Source: Acholeplasmataceae bacterium (lineage in GTDB: Bacteria; Bacillota_I; Bacilli_A; Acholeplasmatales; Acholeplasmataceae). Taken from it: a stretch of 64,000 nucleotides of DNA. Below the pieces are notes generated by a model, which saw only the letters and a list, made by a program, of their open reading frames with translations, was not told where the DNA came from and ran no database searches. Positions 10,876 through 24,848 of the stretch are shown here, piece by piece. The position numbers and the translations under genes are program-made. The first letter of the stretch is position 1. The number at the start of each line of letters is the position of its first letter. The stretch covers positions 1,440,001 to 1,504,000 of the forward strand of contig OY763415.1 of NCBI GenBank assembly GCA_963667565.1, given 5' to 3'.

Positions 10876-11811
10876 TTATTTAAAGTTACCTAATACATAA
10901 TGAAATGCGCCAATCATGCCGGCGTCATTACCAGTTGTAGCAAGTAAAAACGGAATATCTCCAGTATTAAATCTTGAATGTTTCTTATAATAAGTTTCTA
11001 TCAAATCTAATAAATAGTTTCCTGCTTTAGAAATGCCCCCACCAATAATAAATACATCAGGTTCAATTGTGATTGCTAAATTAACTGCTGCTATCGCTAA
11101 ATGTTCTGCAACTCTGTTTACAGTATTGACTGCCGCTTGATCCTTTGCTTTCGCTGCATCAAATACATCTTTAACTGTAAATTGATCATTTAAAATAGAA
11201 CCTATTTGTTGTTTTTGTTTAGCTGCGAAATCTAAAATACCTTTAGTTCCACACACTTGTTCCAAACATCCATGTGCGCCACAACCACACACTTCATCAG
11301 TTTCGAAAACTTTGATGTGCCCGACTTCCCCTCCTAGCCCTGTTTTACCTTCAATAATTTGAGAGTTTAAAATAATACCCCCACCAACTCCTGTGCCTAA
11401 TGTGAATAGCACGGCACTATCATATGGTTTAATTAAACTTTTGTTTTCTCCTAATGCTGCCAAAGTCGCATCATTTCCTACTTTTACAACAATGTGCTCT
11501 GGTAGAATTTGATGGAAGTTTTCAACTAAATCAAACTCACAAAAGTCTAAATTTGCACATGTTGAAACATACCCGTTTTTTGTTGGGCAAGGTATTGCTA
11601 AACCAATACCAAAAACATCATCCATTGAAATGTTTTCAGAAGCGTTCATACGATTCATTTCTTGATATATAGTATCAAAAATTGTTTTTACATGGTCATC
11701 TTTTGGTGTTGGAACTTCTTTTTTTAGTATTAAAATACTTTTATCAATTGAAAAAAGTCCAATTTTAATAAATGTACCACCAACATCTACACCATAAATA
11801 TATTGATTCAT
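10876..11811 (-). CDS. ROK-family sugar kinase (glucokinase-like)
   Basis: GVDVGGT, NDATLAALGE, GTGVGGG, GEVGH, CGCGAHGCLE. Confidence 0.92.
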   Translation of the reverse strand: MNQYIYGVDVGGTFIKIGLFSIDKSILILKKEVPTPKDDHVKTIFDTIYQEMNRMNASENISMDDVFGIGLAIPCPTKNGYVSTCANLDFCEFDLVENFHQILPEHIVVKVGNDATLAALGENKSLIKPYDSAVLFTLGTGVGGGIILNSQIIEGKTGLGGEVGHIKVFETDEVCGCGAHGCLEQVCGTKGILDFAAKQKQQIGSILNDQFTVKDVFDAAKAKDQAAVNTVNRVAEHLAIAAVNLAITIEPDVFIIGGGISKAGNYLLDLIETYYKKHSRFNTGDIPFLLATTGNDAGMIGAFHYVLGNFK

Positions 11812-11890
11812 ATTTGCTCCTTTGTTTCGAACATTAATTTTACAAAAATTATTATAACATACATATATATGTATGACAATTGAGAAAAAC

Positions 11891-11920
11891 AAAAAAGCAA
11901 AACTTAAATGTTTTGCTTTT
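11891..11920 (-). terminator. intrinsic terminator after marR
   Basis: AAAAGCAAAAC-N6-GTTTTGCTTTT hairpin. Confidence 0.7.
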
Positions 11921-11926
11921 GACTCA

Positions 11927-12364
11927 TTAATACTTATTTTTGAAGTAATTGCTGATGTTTTCTAGTGATTTCACTAAAACTTCATCTTCATCAATTTTTA
12001 AATCATCTATGATTGAAGAAAGCATATCTTCATGGAATAAATCATGAATTGCTAAGACTTTCATTGCAGAATCGTTGAGTTGAAGATATACTTTTCTTCG
12101 ATCGTTTTCATCTCTATATCTATCAACAAATTCTTTTTTAACTAAAACATTCACTGAAGTTGTTAATGTTCCTAATGTAATTCTCAATCTTTGAGCAACA
12201 TTTCCCATTGTAGGAACTTCTGTGTTTCTTATGGCTTCAAGTACATGCACTTCTGTCATTGACAATTTAACACCTTGTTTTTTCAAAGTGTCAGCTTCTA
12301 TACTTAATATTTGATTAAATACTTCAACTAATAACTCGTTTATGAGTTGTTTAGCTTGTGCCAT
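11927..12364 (-). CDS. MarR-family regulator, FabT-like
   Basis: INELLVEVFNQILSIE, LSMTEVHVLEAI, DRRKV winged helix. Confidence 0.85.
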   Translation of the reverse strand: MAQAKQLINELLVEVFNQILSIEADTLKKQGVKLSMTEVHVLEAIRNTEVPTMGNVAQRLRITLGTLTTSVNVLVKKEFVDRYRDENDRRKVYLQLNDSAMKVLAIHDLFHEDMLSSIIDDLKIDEDEVLVKSLENISNYFKNKY

Positions 12365-12377
12365 GTGATCCCTCCTC

Positions 12378-13226
12378 TTATAAATTAATGTATCCAACAG
12401 CCAACGTACCTGGACCAGCATGCGCACCAACAACTGGTGTCAGTGGTACTAAAGTGATCTCAACTTCTGGATTATAATCTAATAAAATTTGTTTTAATTC
12501 TTCAGCTTTTTGTTTATTATTTGTATATGCTATAAATATTATAACATTTTTTCCTTGTATTTCATTATTCACTACTTCAATTAATCTACTTTGTGCTTTA
12601 TTTGTTGTTCGTATTTTTTCAAAAGGTACGAGTGATCCATCTTTTTGAATATGTAGTAATGGTTTAATCTTCAACAATGTCCCTATAAAACCGTTTGCAG
12701 CAGATAATCTACCATTCTTAACTAAATACTTTAAAGTATCTACCAAAACATAAATTGTAATATGATCTCTAATTCTTTCTAAAAAATCAATAATTTCAAT
12801 AGCATTCTTTCCTGCTTTAATCATTTCAATGGCTTTGATAATCATATAGGCTTCCCCGTAGGAGACACTTCTAGAATCTAAAACAAAAATATTTAATCCC
12901 TCTACCATTTCTTTAGCTAATAAAGCACCTTGATATGTACCACTTAATTTGGATGAAATAACAACAACTATAACATCTTTATATCCTTCTTCTTTTAATT
13001 CTTCATAAATTTGAGCAATTTTTCCTGTTGATGTTTGTGATGTAGAAACATCAATATCTGGATTTGACTCTATGACGTTATAGAACTTCTCAGCGGTAAT
13101 ATCAACATAATCTTCATATTCCTGACCACCAAGATTAAGTGTAGATCTTATTAACTTTACAGGATAATCTAGATCTAAATAATCCACACCGCTGTTACCA
13201 CAAACGACTAATCCAATTTTATTCAT
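12378..13226 (-). CDS. DegV/FakB fatty-acid-binding protein
   Basis: TSQ, ISSKLSGTYQ, LVKNGRL, VGAHAGPG. Confidence 0.93.
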   Translation of the reverse strand: MNKIGLVVCGNSGVDYLDLDYPVKLIRSTLNLGGQEYEDYVDITAEKFYNVIESNPDIDVSTSQTSTGKIAQIYEELKEEGYKDVIVVVISSKLSGTYQGALLAKEMVEGLNIFVLDSRSVSYGEAYMIIKAIEMIKAGKNAIEIIDFLERIRDHITIYVLVDTLKYLVKNGRLSAANGFIGTLLKIKPLLHIQKDGSLVPFEKIRTTNKAQSRLIEVVNNEIQGKNVIIFIAYTNNKQKAEELKQILLDYNPEVEITLVPLTPVVGAHAGPGTLAVGYINL

Positions 13227-13296
13227 ATATACTTTCTCCTTCAAATTATTTGAATTTCAAATGTTTGTATATATATAATAACATATATTTATTAAA

Positions 13297-13974
13297 TTAA
13301 TCAAAATTTGCAATATTTTCTAGTTGAAATTTTGCACTTTCTTTATTTTCGTTGCTGATATGCAATTCTAAAAACTGAACGAGTTTATTCACTTCTAATT
13401 GATTATATTTAATATGATCAATCATTGAGATATCTAAGTCATCATTGAATTCTGGTTTATAAATTAGAACATAATTAATAACTTTAATTTTATTTGATAC
13501 ATTATTACTAATGATTTGTCTATAACTAATAGATTCTTGGAGTTTTTTTGTATATCTCTCTTCACTTCTTCTTTCATCTTGATTAAACATCCCAAACTCT
13601 AAAACAACTATAAGACGATCAATGATCAGTAAGTAATCAGAACGCATGTGGTTACCAAAAACTACAGGATATTCCATAATAATGCTAAGATTCTCAGTAT
13701 TTACACCTTTTTTATATAAATTAAATAATGTTCTTCTCAATAAAACTGTAGTATCAAACCAAGTGATGACTTCTTCATCTTTCAGGGGAAAAATAGATAT
13801 CTTCTTATCATAAAATCTTTGTTTAAATTCTATAAAATATATAAGTTTATTATATTTGGTAACTCTATTTTTTAATAATTGTTTTTCGATTTTCCAATTT
13901 ATTTGTTCTGTAAAGTCTGTAAATTTTAAAAATTCACTAAAACTATCAAACTGATATAAGCATTTTATTTTCAC
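13297..13974 (-). CDS. hypothetical protein with PD-(D/E)xK-like nuclease-fold motif (resembles DUF2075 N-terminal region)
   Basis: IIMEYP..RSDYLLI..IVVLEFG; very AT-rich; GTG start after GAGGTG. Confidence 0.5.
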   Translation of the reverse strand: MKIKCLYQFDSFSEFLKFTDFTEQINWKIEKQLLKNRVTKYNKLIYFIEFKQRFYDKKISIFPLKDEEVITWFDTTVLLRRTLFNLYKKGVNTENLSIIMEYPVVFGNHMRSDYLLIIDRLIVVLEFGMFNQDERRSEERYTKKLQESISYRQIISNNVSNKIKVINYVLIYKPEFNDDLDISMIDHIKYNQLEVNKLVQFLELHISNENKESAKFQLENIANFD

Positions 13975-14091
13975 ACCAATCACCTCTTATGATAATAGTA
14001 GATTCATGACAAAATTGCTTATTTAAATAAAAAAAACACATAATTATATATATGTGTTTATATCTATTGTTTTCAATAATTAGTATCTAGA

Positions 14092-14167
14092 TGGTGGCTC
14101 CGGGCAGAATCGAACTGCCGACACAAGGATTTTCAGTCCTTTGCTCTACCGACTGAGCTACAGAGCC
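14092..14167 (-). tRNA. tRNA-Phe(GAA)
   Basis: Cloverleaf GGCTCTGTAGCTCAG..CTGAAAA..TTCGA..CCA. Confidence 0.96.
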
Positions 14168-14174
14168 AAATGAA

Positions 14175-14250
14175 TGGCGGTCCGGACGGGATTTGAACCC
14201 GCGATCTCCTGCGTGACAGGCAGGCATGTTGACCCCTACACCACCGGACC
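14175..14250 (-). tRNA. tRNA-Asp(GTC)
   Basis: GGTCCGG..CTGTCAC..CCA. Confidence 0.96.
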
Positions 14251-14256
14251 TAATTT

Positions 14257-14333
<77 letters not shown>

Positions 14334-14369
14334 CAATAAAATCTATATTAATTAGGTAAAATACTCAAA

Positions 14370-14460
14370 TGGCGGAGGAAGAGGGATTCGAACCCCCGCG
14401 CCTTTTACAGCCTGTCGGTTTTCAAGACCGATCCCTTCAGCCGGACTTGGGTATTCCTCC
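14370..14460 (-). tRNA. tRNA-Ser(TGA)
   Basis: Long variable arm; anticodon loop CTTGAAA. Confidence 0.95.
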
Positions 14461-14503
14461 ACTATTATAACATACTATTAAATTTTGATACTAATTTGAA
14501 AGT

Positions 14504-14580
14504 TGGTGGACCCGGTAGGACTCGAACCTACGGCCGACCGGTTATGAGCCGGTAGCTCTAACCAACTGAGCTACGGGTCC
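14504..14580 (-). tRNA. tRNA-Ile2(CAT), lysidine-type
   Basis: GGACCCGTAGCTCAGTTGGTTAGAGC..CTCATAA; resembles Bacillus Ile2; tilS is present in the window. Confidence 0.85.
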
Positions 14581-14584
14581 TAGC

Positions 14585-14661
14585 TGGTAGCGGCGGGGGG
14601 GATCGAACCCTCGACCTCACGGGTATGAGCCGTGCACTCTAACCAGCTGAGCTACGCCGCC
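14585..14661 (-). tRNA. elongator tRNA-Met(CAT)
   Basis: GGCGGCGTAGCTCAG..CTCATAC..CCA. Confidence 0.92.
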
Positions 14662-14737
14662 ATAGAACCTTTTTTTAAAAAAGATTATGTCTACCGCTTA
14701 ACCCAAGCTAAATAAACAATATCATTTTAAACAATAT

Positions 14738-14813
14738 TGGTGGAGCCTAGGGGGATCGAACCCCTGACCTCCTGCGTGCAAGGCAGGCGCTCTCCCAGCT
14801 GAGCTAAGGCCCC
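14738..14813 (-). tRNA. tRNA-Ala(TGC)
   Basis: GGGGCCTTAGCTCAG..TTGCAC; G3:U70 pair. Confidence 0.96.
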
Positions 14814-14821
14814 TTAAAAAG

Positions 14822-14909
14822 TGGTACCTCGAGTCGGACTTGAACCGACACGGATTCATCATCCACAGGATTTTAAGTCCTGCGTGTCTACCTATTTCAC
14901 CATCGAGGC
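14822..14909 (-). tRNA. tRNA-Leu(TAA)
   Basis: Long variable arm; loop CTTAAAA. Confidence 0.95.
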
Positions 14910-14917
14910 AAATTTAA

Positions 14918-14993
14918 TGGTGTCCCGTAAAGGACTCGAACCTTTGACACCTTGATTAAAAGTCAAGTGCTCTACCACCTGAGCTAACGGGAC
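14918..14993 (-). tRNA. tRNA-Lys(TTT)
   Basis: Loop CTTTTAA; CCA end. Confidence 0.96.
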
Positions 14994-15000
14994 ATAACGC

Positions 15001-15076
15001 TGGTGCCGAAAACAGGACTTGAACCCGCAACCCCCTGATTACAAGTCAGGTGCTCTACCAGTTGAGCTATTTCGGC
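15001..15076 (-). tRNA. tRNA-Thr(TGT)
   Basis: Loop CTTGTAA; CCA end. Confidence 0.96.
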
Positions 15077-15083
15077 GTAATAA

Positions 15084-15159
15084 TGGTGGGAGTTAACGGG
15101 CTCGAACCGCTGACCCTCTGCTTGTAAGGCAGATGCTCTCCCAACTGAGCTAAACTCCC
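15084..15159 (-). tRNA. tRNA-Val(TAC)
   Basis: Loop CTTACAA; CCA end. Confidence 0.96.
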
Positions 15160-15188
15160 ATTATTTTTGTTTTTTTTAAAGAGATGTA

Positions 15189-15297
15189 GCCTGGCAACGT
15201 CCTATTTTCGCTCCTTGGAACTATCGTCGGCGCTGAAGTGCTTAACTGCTGTGTTCGGGATGGGAACAGGTGTGACCACTTCGCCATCGTCACCAGA
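15189..15297 (-). rRNA. rrf: 5S rRNA (short, about 108 nt)
   Basis: TCTGGTGACGATGGC..CACCTGTTCCCATCCCGAACACAG..GTTGCCAGG; ends approximate. Confidence 0.95.
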
Positions 15298-15355
15298 CTT
15301 CTCTCAAAACTAGATAAAAGATTTGTCAAAAGTATTATACATCAATTGCTTATTA

Positions 15356-18197
<2,842 letters not shown>

Positions 18198-18255
18198 TAC
18201 AATTGCTTGTTGTTTTCTTTTGACAACTTTTATCTACTTTTCAAAGATCTCTTCA

Positions 18256-18331
18256 TGGTGGAGCTTAGGAGGATCGAACTCCTGACCTCCTGCGTGCAAA
18301 GCAGGCGCTCTCCCAGCTGAGCTAAAGCCCC
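18256..18331 (-). tRNA. tRNA-Ala(TGC), 16S-23S spacer
   Basis: GGGGCTTTAGCTCAG..TTTGCAC..CCA. Confidence 0.96.
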
Positions 18332-18358
18332 ATGTTTTCCAATTTATTAAAATGATAA

Positions 18359-18435
<77 letters not shown>

Positions 18436-18546
18436 ATTTGCTTGGAAAACGTCTTTCAAAACTGAATATGATGAGCATGGTCTAACACGAAGTTAAACCA
18501 TTGTGAGAATTGTTGTGAATACTTTTACGTATTCGCCTTTCTCCTT

Positions 18547-20060
<1,514 letters not shown>

Positions 20061-20174
20061 AAAATTTATGTTTTTGTTTTGTTTGTTATAGCTCTTTTTA
20101 TTTCTTTGATTCGCTCATCATCATTCAGTTTTCAAAGACCTTTTCCTCGCACACTTGTTTTCGCGTGCTTTTTA

Positions 20175-20203
20175 ATTCTATCATTATAAAATAACCTTGT
20201 CAA
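20175..20203 (-). promoter_or_regulatory. rRNA operon promoter
   Basis: TTGACA-N17-TAGAAT on minus strand. Confidence 0.8.
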
Positions 20204-20252
20204 TAAGTTTTATAACTTTGACAAATCTAATTCACAAGGTTTTATAATCAGA

Positions 20253-20337
20253 TGGTGGAGGGGGACAGATTCGAACTGCCGAACCCTGAGGGAACAGATT
20301 TACAGTCTGCCGCGTTTAGCCACTTCGCTACCCCTCC
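20253..20337 (-). tRNA. tRNA-Tyr(GTA)
   Basis: GGAGGGGTAGCGAAGTGGCTAAAC..CTGTAAA; variable arm. Confidence 0.96.
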
Positions 20338-20357
20338 GATTTTAGGCTTGCCTATAT

Positions 20358-20386
20358 ATTCTAACTTATCGTGTTTAAAAAAGCAA
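20358..20386 (-). promoter_or_regulatory. promoter of tRNA-Tyr (possible upstream rrn promoter)
   Basis: TTGCTT-N17-TAGAAT. Confidence 0.7.
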
Positions 20387-20464
20387 CAGTTTTATGTTTA
20401 CTTTTTTCACTTTTTTATATTTGATGTTATTTTATGTTTTATTGGTGCTAATAAATGATATATA

Positions 20465-20656
20465 TCATTCATTATTTTCTTTTGATTCAACACTTTTAAC
20501 ACGTTTAAGCAATTCAGCTTTAAATATCATGACTTCTCTGCCACATTTTTCGCATTTCATTTTAACTTCAGCGCCATTTCTTGTAACTAACCAACGATGC
20601 GAACCACAGACGTGTGGTTTTTTCATAATAAGTATATCGCCTAGATTAATTTTCAT
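20465..20656 (-). CDS. DUF951 (YyzM-like) protein
   Basis: LGDILIMKKPHVCGS..W..R.GAE..KCEKCGR. Confidence 0.88.
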   Translation of the reverse strand: MKINLGDILIMKKPHVCGSHRWLVTRNGAEVKMKCEKCGREVMIFKAELLKRVKSVESKENNE

Positions 20657-21485
20657 GTTTAATCATCCAATTAACTACATCTTCCACATTGTCATCATCA
20701 TTTAAATATATAGTGATTTTTTTATCATTAATTGATACCTTATGTTGATTAAAATATTTTTTTAATATCTTTTCTTGTTTGCCATATTTATGTTCATTTT
20801 TTCGATGAATCATATTTGTTTTTTGTTCTTTTTTTGTAAGCTCTTCTACCTGTCTTACACTGAGTCCATTTGAAACAATTTTTTGTGCTATTTTTTTGAT
20901 TTGATCTTGATCTTGAAGTTTACTTAAAGCACGAGCATGTCCCATGTTGATTTCGTTATGTAAAATCATGTTTTGAACTTCTTGTGGTAAATTTAATAAT
21001 CCTAGAATGTTTGTCACATGTGAACGACTTTTACCTATTTTTTCAGCTAGTTGTGTTTGTGTTAAATTCATGTTTCCCATCACCACTCTATAAGCTTCCG
21101 CTTCTTCAATTGGTGATAAATTTTCACGTTGAAGGTTTTCTGCAAGTGCAATTTCTGCAATTTTCATCTCTTCATATTGTCTAACAATAGCGGGAATTGT
21201 AGTTAAACCTACTTGTTTACATGCTCGATAACGTCTTTCACCTGATACGATTAAGTATCCGTTTGCAACTCTTTTTACAATAATCGGTTGAAATACACCA
21301 TGTTCTCTAATAGATTGTGCGAGTTCATTTATTTTGTCTTGGTCAAAAATCCTTCTTGGTTGAAAAGGATTTGCAATTACATCAGATAGGTTGATTTCAT
21401 CTATAACTTCACCCTCTAAAACGTCATCTACATGATGTTCTTTTAAAAGGTCAACAAAAGTTCTTGCTTTATTATTTTCTTTCAT
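20646..21485 (-). CDS. parB: ParB/Spo0J partition protein
   Basis: NPFQPRRIF, GERRYRA, ENLQRENL, HTH GKSRSHVTN. Confidence 0.94.
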   Translation of the reverse strand: MKENNKARTFVDLLKEHHVDDVLEGEVIDEINLSDVIANPFQPRRIFDQDKINELAQSIREHGVFQPIIVKRVANGYLIVSGERRYRACKQVGLTTIPAIVRQYEEMKIAEIALAENLQRENLSPIEEAEAYRVVMGNMNLTQTQLAEKIGKSRSHVTNILGLLNLPQEVQNMILHNEINMGHARALSKLQDQDQIKKIAQKIVSNGLSVRQVEELTKKEQKTNMIHRKNEHKYGKQEKILKKYFNQHKVSINDKKITIYLNDDDNVEDVVNWMIKHEN

Positions 21486-22248
21486 TTTGCTTCAAAATCT
21501 CCTTTGCTAAAGATTTATAAAGTTTAGACGCAGGTGCTTTTGGTGCATATGTGATGACTGGCAATCCATAAGTTGGTGCTACTTGTGCAGCAACATTACT
21601 TGTGATAATCGTGTCAAATACACCTTCTTTGAAGTAATTCTTTATTTCGTGTACAATTTCCCAACCAGCTTTTGTTCTTCGATCAAGCATCGTAAGAAGT
21701 ACACCTTCGATTTCTAGCCTCTTATTATTAATTTTTAAATTCTTTTGTACAATTCTAATTGTATTTAATAGTTGAGTTAATCCATCTATTGCTAAAAATT
21801 GACATTGCACTGGAATTAACACCGAGTTAGATGCGTATAATGCGCTTAATGTTAAAAGTCCTAATGATGGAGGACAATCAATAAAAATATAATCATATGA
21901 ATCAATAATTTCATTTAATTTATAACCAAGTTTATATTCTCTATCTTCATCTGTAATCTTTACTTCGATATGAGCAAGCTCAATTGTTGCAGGAATAACA
22001 TCCAAATTGAAATCTTTAAGATGAATGACACAATCTTTAATGTCTTTGACATCCAGTAGTGCATCTGTAATCGTTGAGTATAACATGCTTCTGTTAATGC
22101 CCAAGCTTGTTGTTGTACTCGCTTGTGGATCTAGGTCAACGAGCAAAACCTTTTTGCCTAGCATTCCAATAGCTGCTGAAAGATTAACGCTTGTTGTTGT
22201 TTTTCCAACGCCGCCTTTTTGGTTTGAAATTGCAATGATTTTTCCCAT
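21472..22248 (-). CDS. parA: ParA/Soj ATPase
   Basis: NQKGGVGKTT, DLDPQ, IDCPPSLG. Confidence 0.95.
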   Translation of the reverse strand: MGKIIAISNQKGGVGKTTTSVNLSAAIGMLGKKVLLVDLDPQASTTTSLGINRSMLYSTITDALLDVKDIKDCVIHLKDFNLDVIPATIELAHIEVKITDEDREYKLGYKLNEIIDSYDYIFIDCPPSLGLLTLSALYASNSVLIPVQCQFLAIDGLTQLLNTIRIVQKNLKINNKRLEIEGVLLTMLDRRTKAGWEIVHEIKNYFKEGVFDTIITSNVAAQVAPTYGLPVITYAPKAPASKLYKSLAKEILKQNERK

Positions 22249-22260
22249 TGGTACACCACC

Positions 22261-22965
22261 TTATAACAATTGTTTTTTTATTGCTTGATACATTCTTGGA
22301 TATTCTAAGACATCTTTATTTTTTCTAATAACCACATGTGATCTAAATCCATAATCCATTGGTAATTCACATGTTTTAACTGATATTATTTCACTTTTTA
22401 GAACTTTAAGTGCATGTAATGATTGATCAATCTCATCTTGATAATTTGATCCTTTAAAGGCAACAAACATATGCTTTTCTTTGACCATAGGTATACCTAA
22501 TTCGAGAATTAAAGGAAGTGAACCTAGTGCTCTTGCAGTAACAACATCAAAACTATTGTGATGATCTTTAGCATAATTTTCGATTCGGTCATAGATTAAT
22601 TTTACATCATTTATTTTTAATTCTTCAAGTAATTCTTTAAGAAAATTAATGCGCTTCCCTAAAGAGTCAATAATTGTGATGTCTAGATGTGGATATATAA
22701 TTTTTAAGGGGATGCTTGGAAAACCAGCACCAGCACCCATATCACATATCGTTTTTACATGATTTAAATTAAGTACATGAATCATCGTTAAAGAATCATA
22801 AAAATGTTTCATATAAACTTCTATCTCTTCTGTGATGCTCGTTAAATTCACCTTTTTATTATATTCAATCAACAAATGATAATAATCCAAAAATTGTTTT
22901 TTTTGATTGTCTGAAAGTTTAATCTCAAAGTCATTTTCGACTTGCTTTATAAATAAATCAAACAT
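22261..22965 (-). CDS. rsmG: 16S rRNA m7G527 methyltransferase
   Basis: [19 protein letters not shown]; follows mnmG. Confidence 0.95.
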   Translation of the reverse strand: MFDLFIKQVENDFEIKLSDNQKKQFLDYYHLLIEYNKKVNLTSITEEIEVYMKHFYDSLTMIHVLNLNHVKTICDMGAGAGFPSIPLKIIYPHLDITIIDSLGKRINFLKELLEELKINDVKLIYDRIENYAKDHHNSFDVVTARALGSLPLILELGIPMVKEKHMFVAFKGSNYQDEIDQSLHALKVLKSEIISVKTCELPMDYGFRSHVVIRKNKDVLEYPRMYQAIKKQLL

Positions 22966-24820
22966 GTCTATAAGATCCTGACTCTATATATATTAATAAT
23001 ATAGAAATATCAGCTGGATTTACGCCTGAGATTCTTGAGGCTTGTCCAACGGTAAGTGGTCTAATCTTATTGAGTTTTTCTCGACTTTCAGATGAGATAT
23101 TTCCAATCTTTAAATAATCAATATCTTCAGGAATTAATTTGTGTTCTAAACGTTCCATTTTTTCAGCTTCTCTAGTTGCTTTTTTAATATATCCTTCATA
23201 TTTAATCATGATTTCTACTTGTTCTAACACTTCATTTGAAAAATCATCAGAAATAAAATATTTAATATCTTCGGTATTGATTTCAGGTCTCTTTAATAAG
23301 TTTGCTAATGTCACCGCTTCATAAATCGGTGCTGACCCTCTCTTATTTAAATATTCAAGGTTTTCTTGATTTGGCATGACTCGATATGTCGTGACTTGCT
23401 CCATCAATGAATCAATTTGATGTTTCTTGACTACAAATTTTTGATATTTAGCATCATCAATTAACCCTAATTCTCTACCATAATCCATTAATCTTAAATC
23501 TGCATTGTCATTTCTAAGTAAAAGTCTGTGTTCAGCTCTTGAAGTTAGAAGTCTATAAGGATCTAATACACCTTTTGTAACAAGATCGTCTATTAAAACG
23601 CCAATATATGCTTCGTGTCTTTCAAGAATTAAAGCATTTTTACCTTCTAATTTTAGACTAGCATTGATACCCGCCATAAGCCCTTGACATGCAGCTTCTT
23701 CATAACCACTAGTTCCATTGATTTGTCCTGCACAAAATAAGCCATCAATTTTTTTGGTTTCAAGTGATAGTTTCAATTGTACTGGATTAATCGCATCATA
23801 TTCGATGGCATATGCATATCTAACAATTCTAACATCCTCTAATCCAGGAATTGTCCTAATCATTTGTTCTTGAACATCTCTAGGTAAAGATGTTGAAAAA
23901 CCTTGAACATATAGTTCATCTAAAGACAATGACTCCGGCTCAATAAAAATTTGATGTCGTTGTTTATCACTGAATCTAACCACTTTATCTTCAATCGATG
24001 GACAATATCTAGGACCGACACCTTCGACTACACCCCCATACATAGCTGATTCTTCTAGGTGTTCATTGATAATAGCGTGGGTTTCTTCTGAAGTATGGGT
24101 TAAATAGCAAAACTCTTGCGGATTTTCATCATAATAATGGTTATCAAAACTAAATGTATAATTCATCCCATCTCCGGGTTGTACTGTCATTTTCAATGTA
24201 TTTATGCTATCTTTAGCAATACGTTGAGGTGTCCCAGTTTTAAGTCTAATTACTTCAAATCCTAAATCTTTTAATTGTTTACTAATGCCGAATGTTGTTG
24301 GTTCTCCACCTGGTCCACTAAGAGTCTTTTCTTTTCCTATTAATATATTACTGCTTAAATATGTACCTGTAGTTAGCGTAAGTGTTTTCCCTAATATAGT
24401 TTCTCCAGTTGTTAAAACAACACCTTTGATTTGATGATTTTCAATAATCATATGATCTACAAGTGCTTCTAACAAAGTTAAATGCGGTGTGCTTTTCAAT
24501 ACCTCTAACATGATTTTTGGATATGCAAGTTTATCTATTTGTGCACGAAGTGCTCTTACTGCAGGTCCCTTTGATGCGTTTAACATCTTCATCTGAATTT
24601 GTGCTTTGTCAGCACTTTTTGCCATTTGACCACCTAATGCGTCGATTTCTCTAACAACGATACCCTTAGCAGGACCGCCAATTGATGGGTTACAAGGCAA
24701 AGAAGCAACCTTATCCAGGTTGCCTGTAATTAATATTGTATTCTTATTCATTCTTGCCATCGCTAGTGCTGCTTCAACACCTGCATGACCCGCACCTACA
24801 ATGATGCCATCATAAATCAT
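22958..24820 (-). CDS. mnmG: tRNA uridine-5-carboxymethylaminomethyl modification enzyme
   Basis: [41 protein letters not shown]. Confidence 0.97.
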   Translation of the reverse strand: MIYDGIIVGAGHAGVEAALAMARMNKNTILITGNLDKVASLPCNPSIGGPAKGIVVREIDALGGQMAKSADKAQIQMKMLNASKGPAVRALRAQIDKLAYPKIMLEVLKSTPHLTLLEALVDHMIIENHQIKGVVLTTGETILGKTLTLTTGTYLSSNILIGKEKTLSGPGGEPTTFGISKQLKDLGFEVIRLKTGTPQRIAKDSINTLKMTVQPGDGMNYTFSFDNHYYDENPQEFCYLTHTSEETHAIINEHLEESAMYGGVVEGVGPRYCPSIEDKVVRFSDKQRHQIFIEPESLSLDELYVQGFSTSLPRDVQEQMIRTIPGLEDVRIVRYAYAIEYDAINPVQLKLSLETKKIDGLFCAGQINGTSGYEEAACQGLMAGINASLKLEGKNALILERHEAYIGVLIDDLVTKGVLDPYRLLTSRAEHRLLLRNDNADLRLMDYGRELGLIDDAKYQKFVVKKHQIDSLMEQVTTYRVMPNQENLEYLNKRGSAPIYEAVTLANLLKRPEINTEDIKYFISDDFSNEVLEQVEIMIKYEGYIKKATREAEKMERLEHKLIPEDIDYLKIGNISSESREKLNKIRPLTVGQASRISGVNPADISILLIYIESGSYRHV

Positions 24821-24848
24821 ATAATCACTTTCTTTTGCTTAAATTTTA

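Noticed and set aside
14662..14737. Possible degenerate tRNA in the Ala-Met spacer (AAGCGGTAGAC resembles a D-loop)
   Set aside because: No acceptor stem, anticodon arm or T-loop can be formed.
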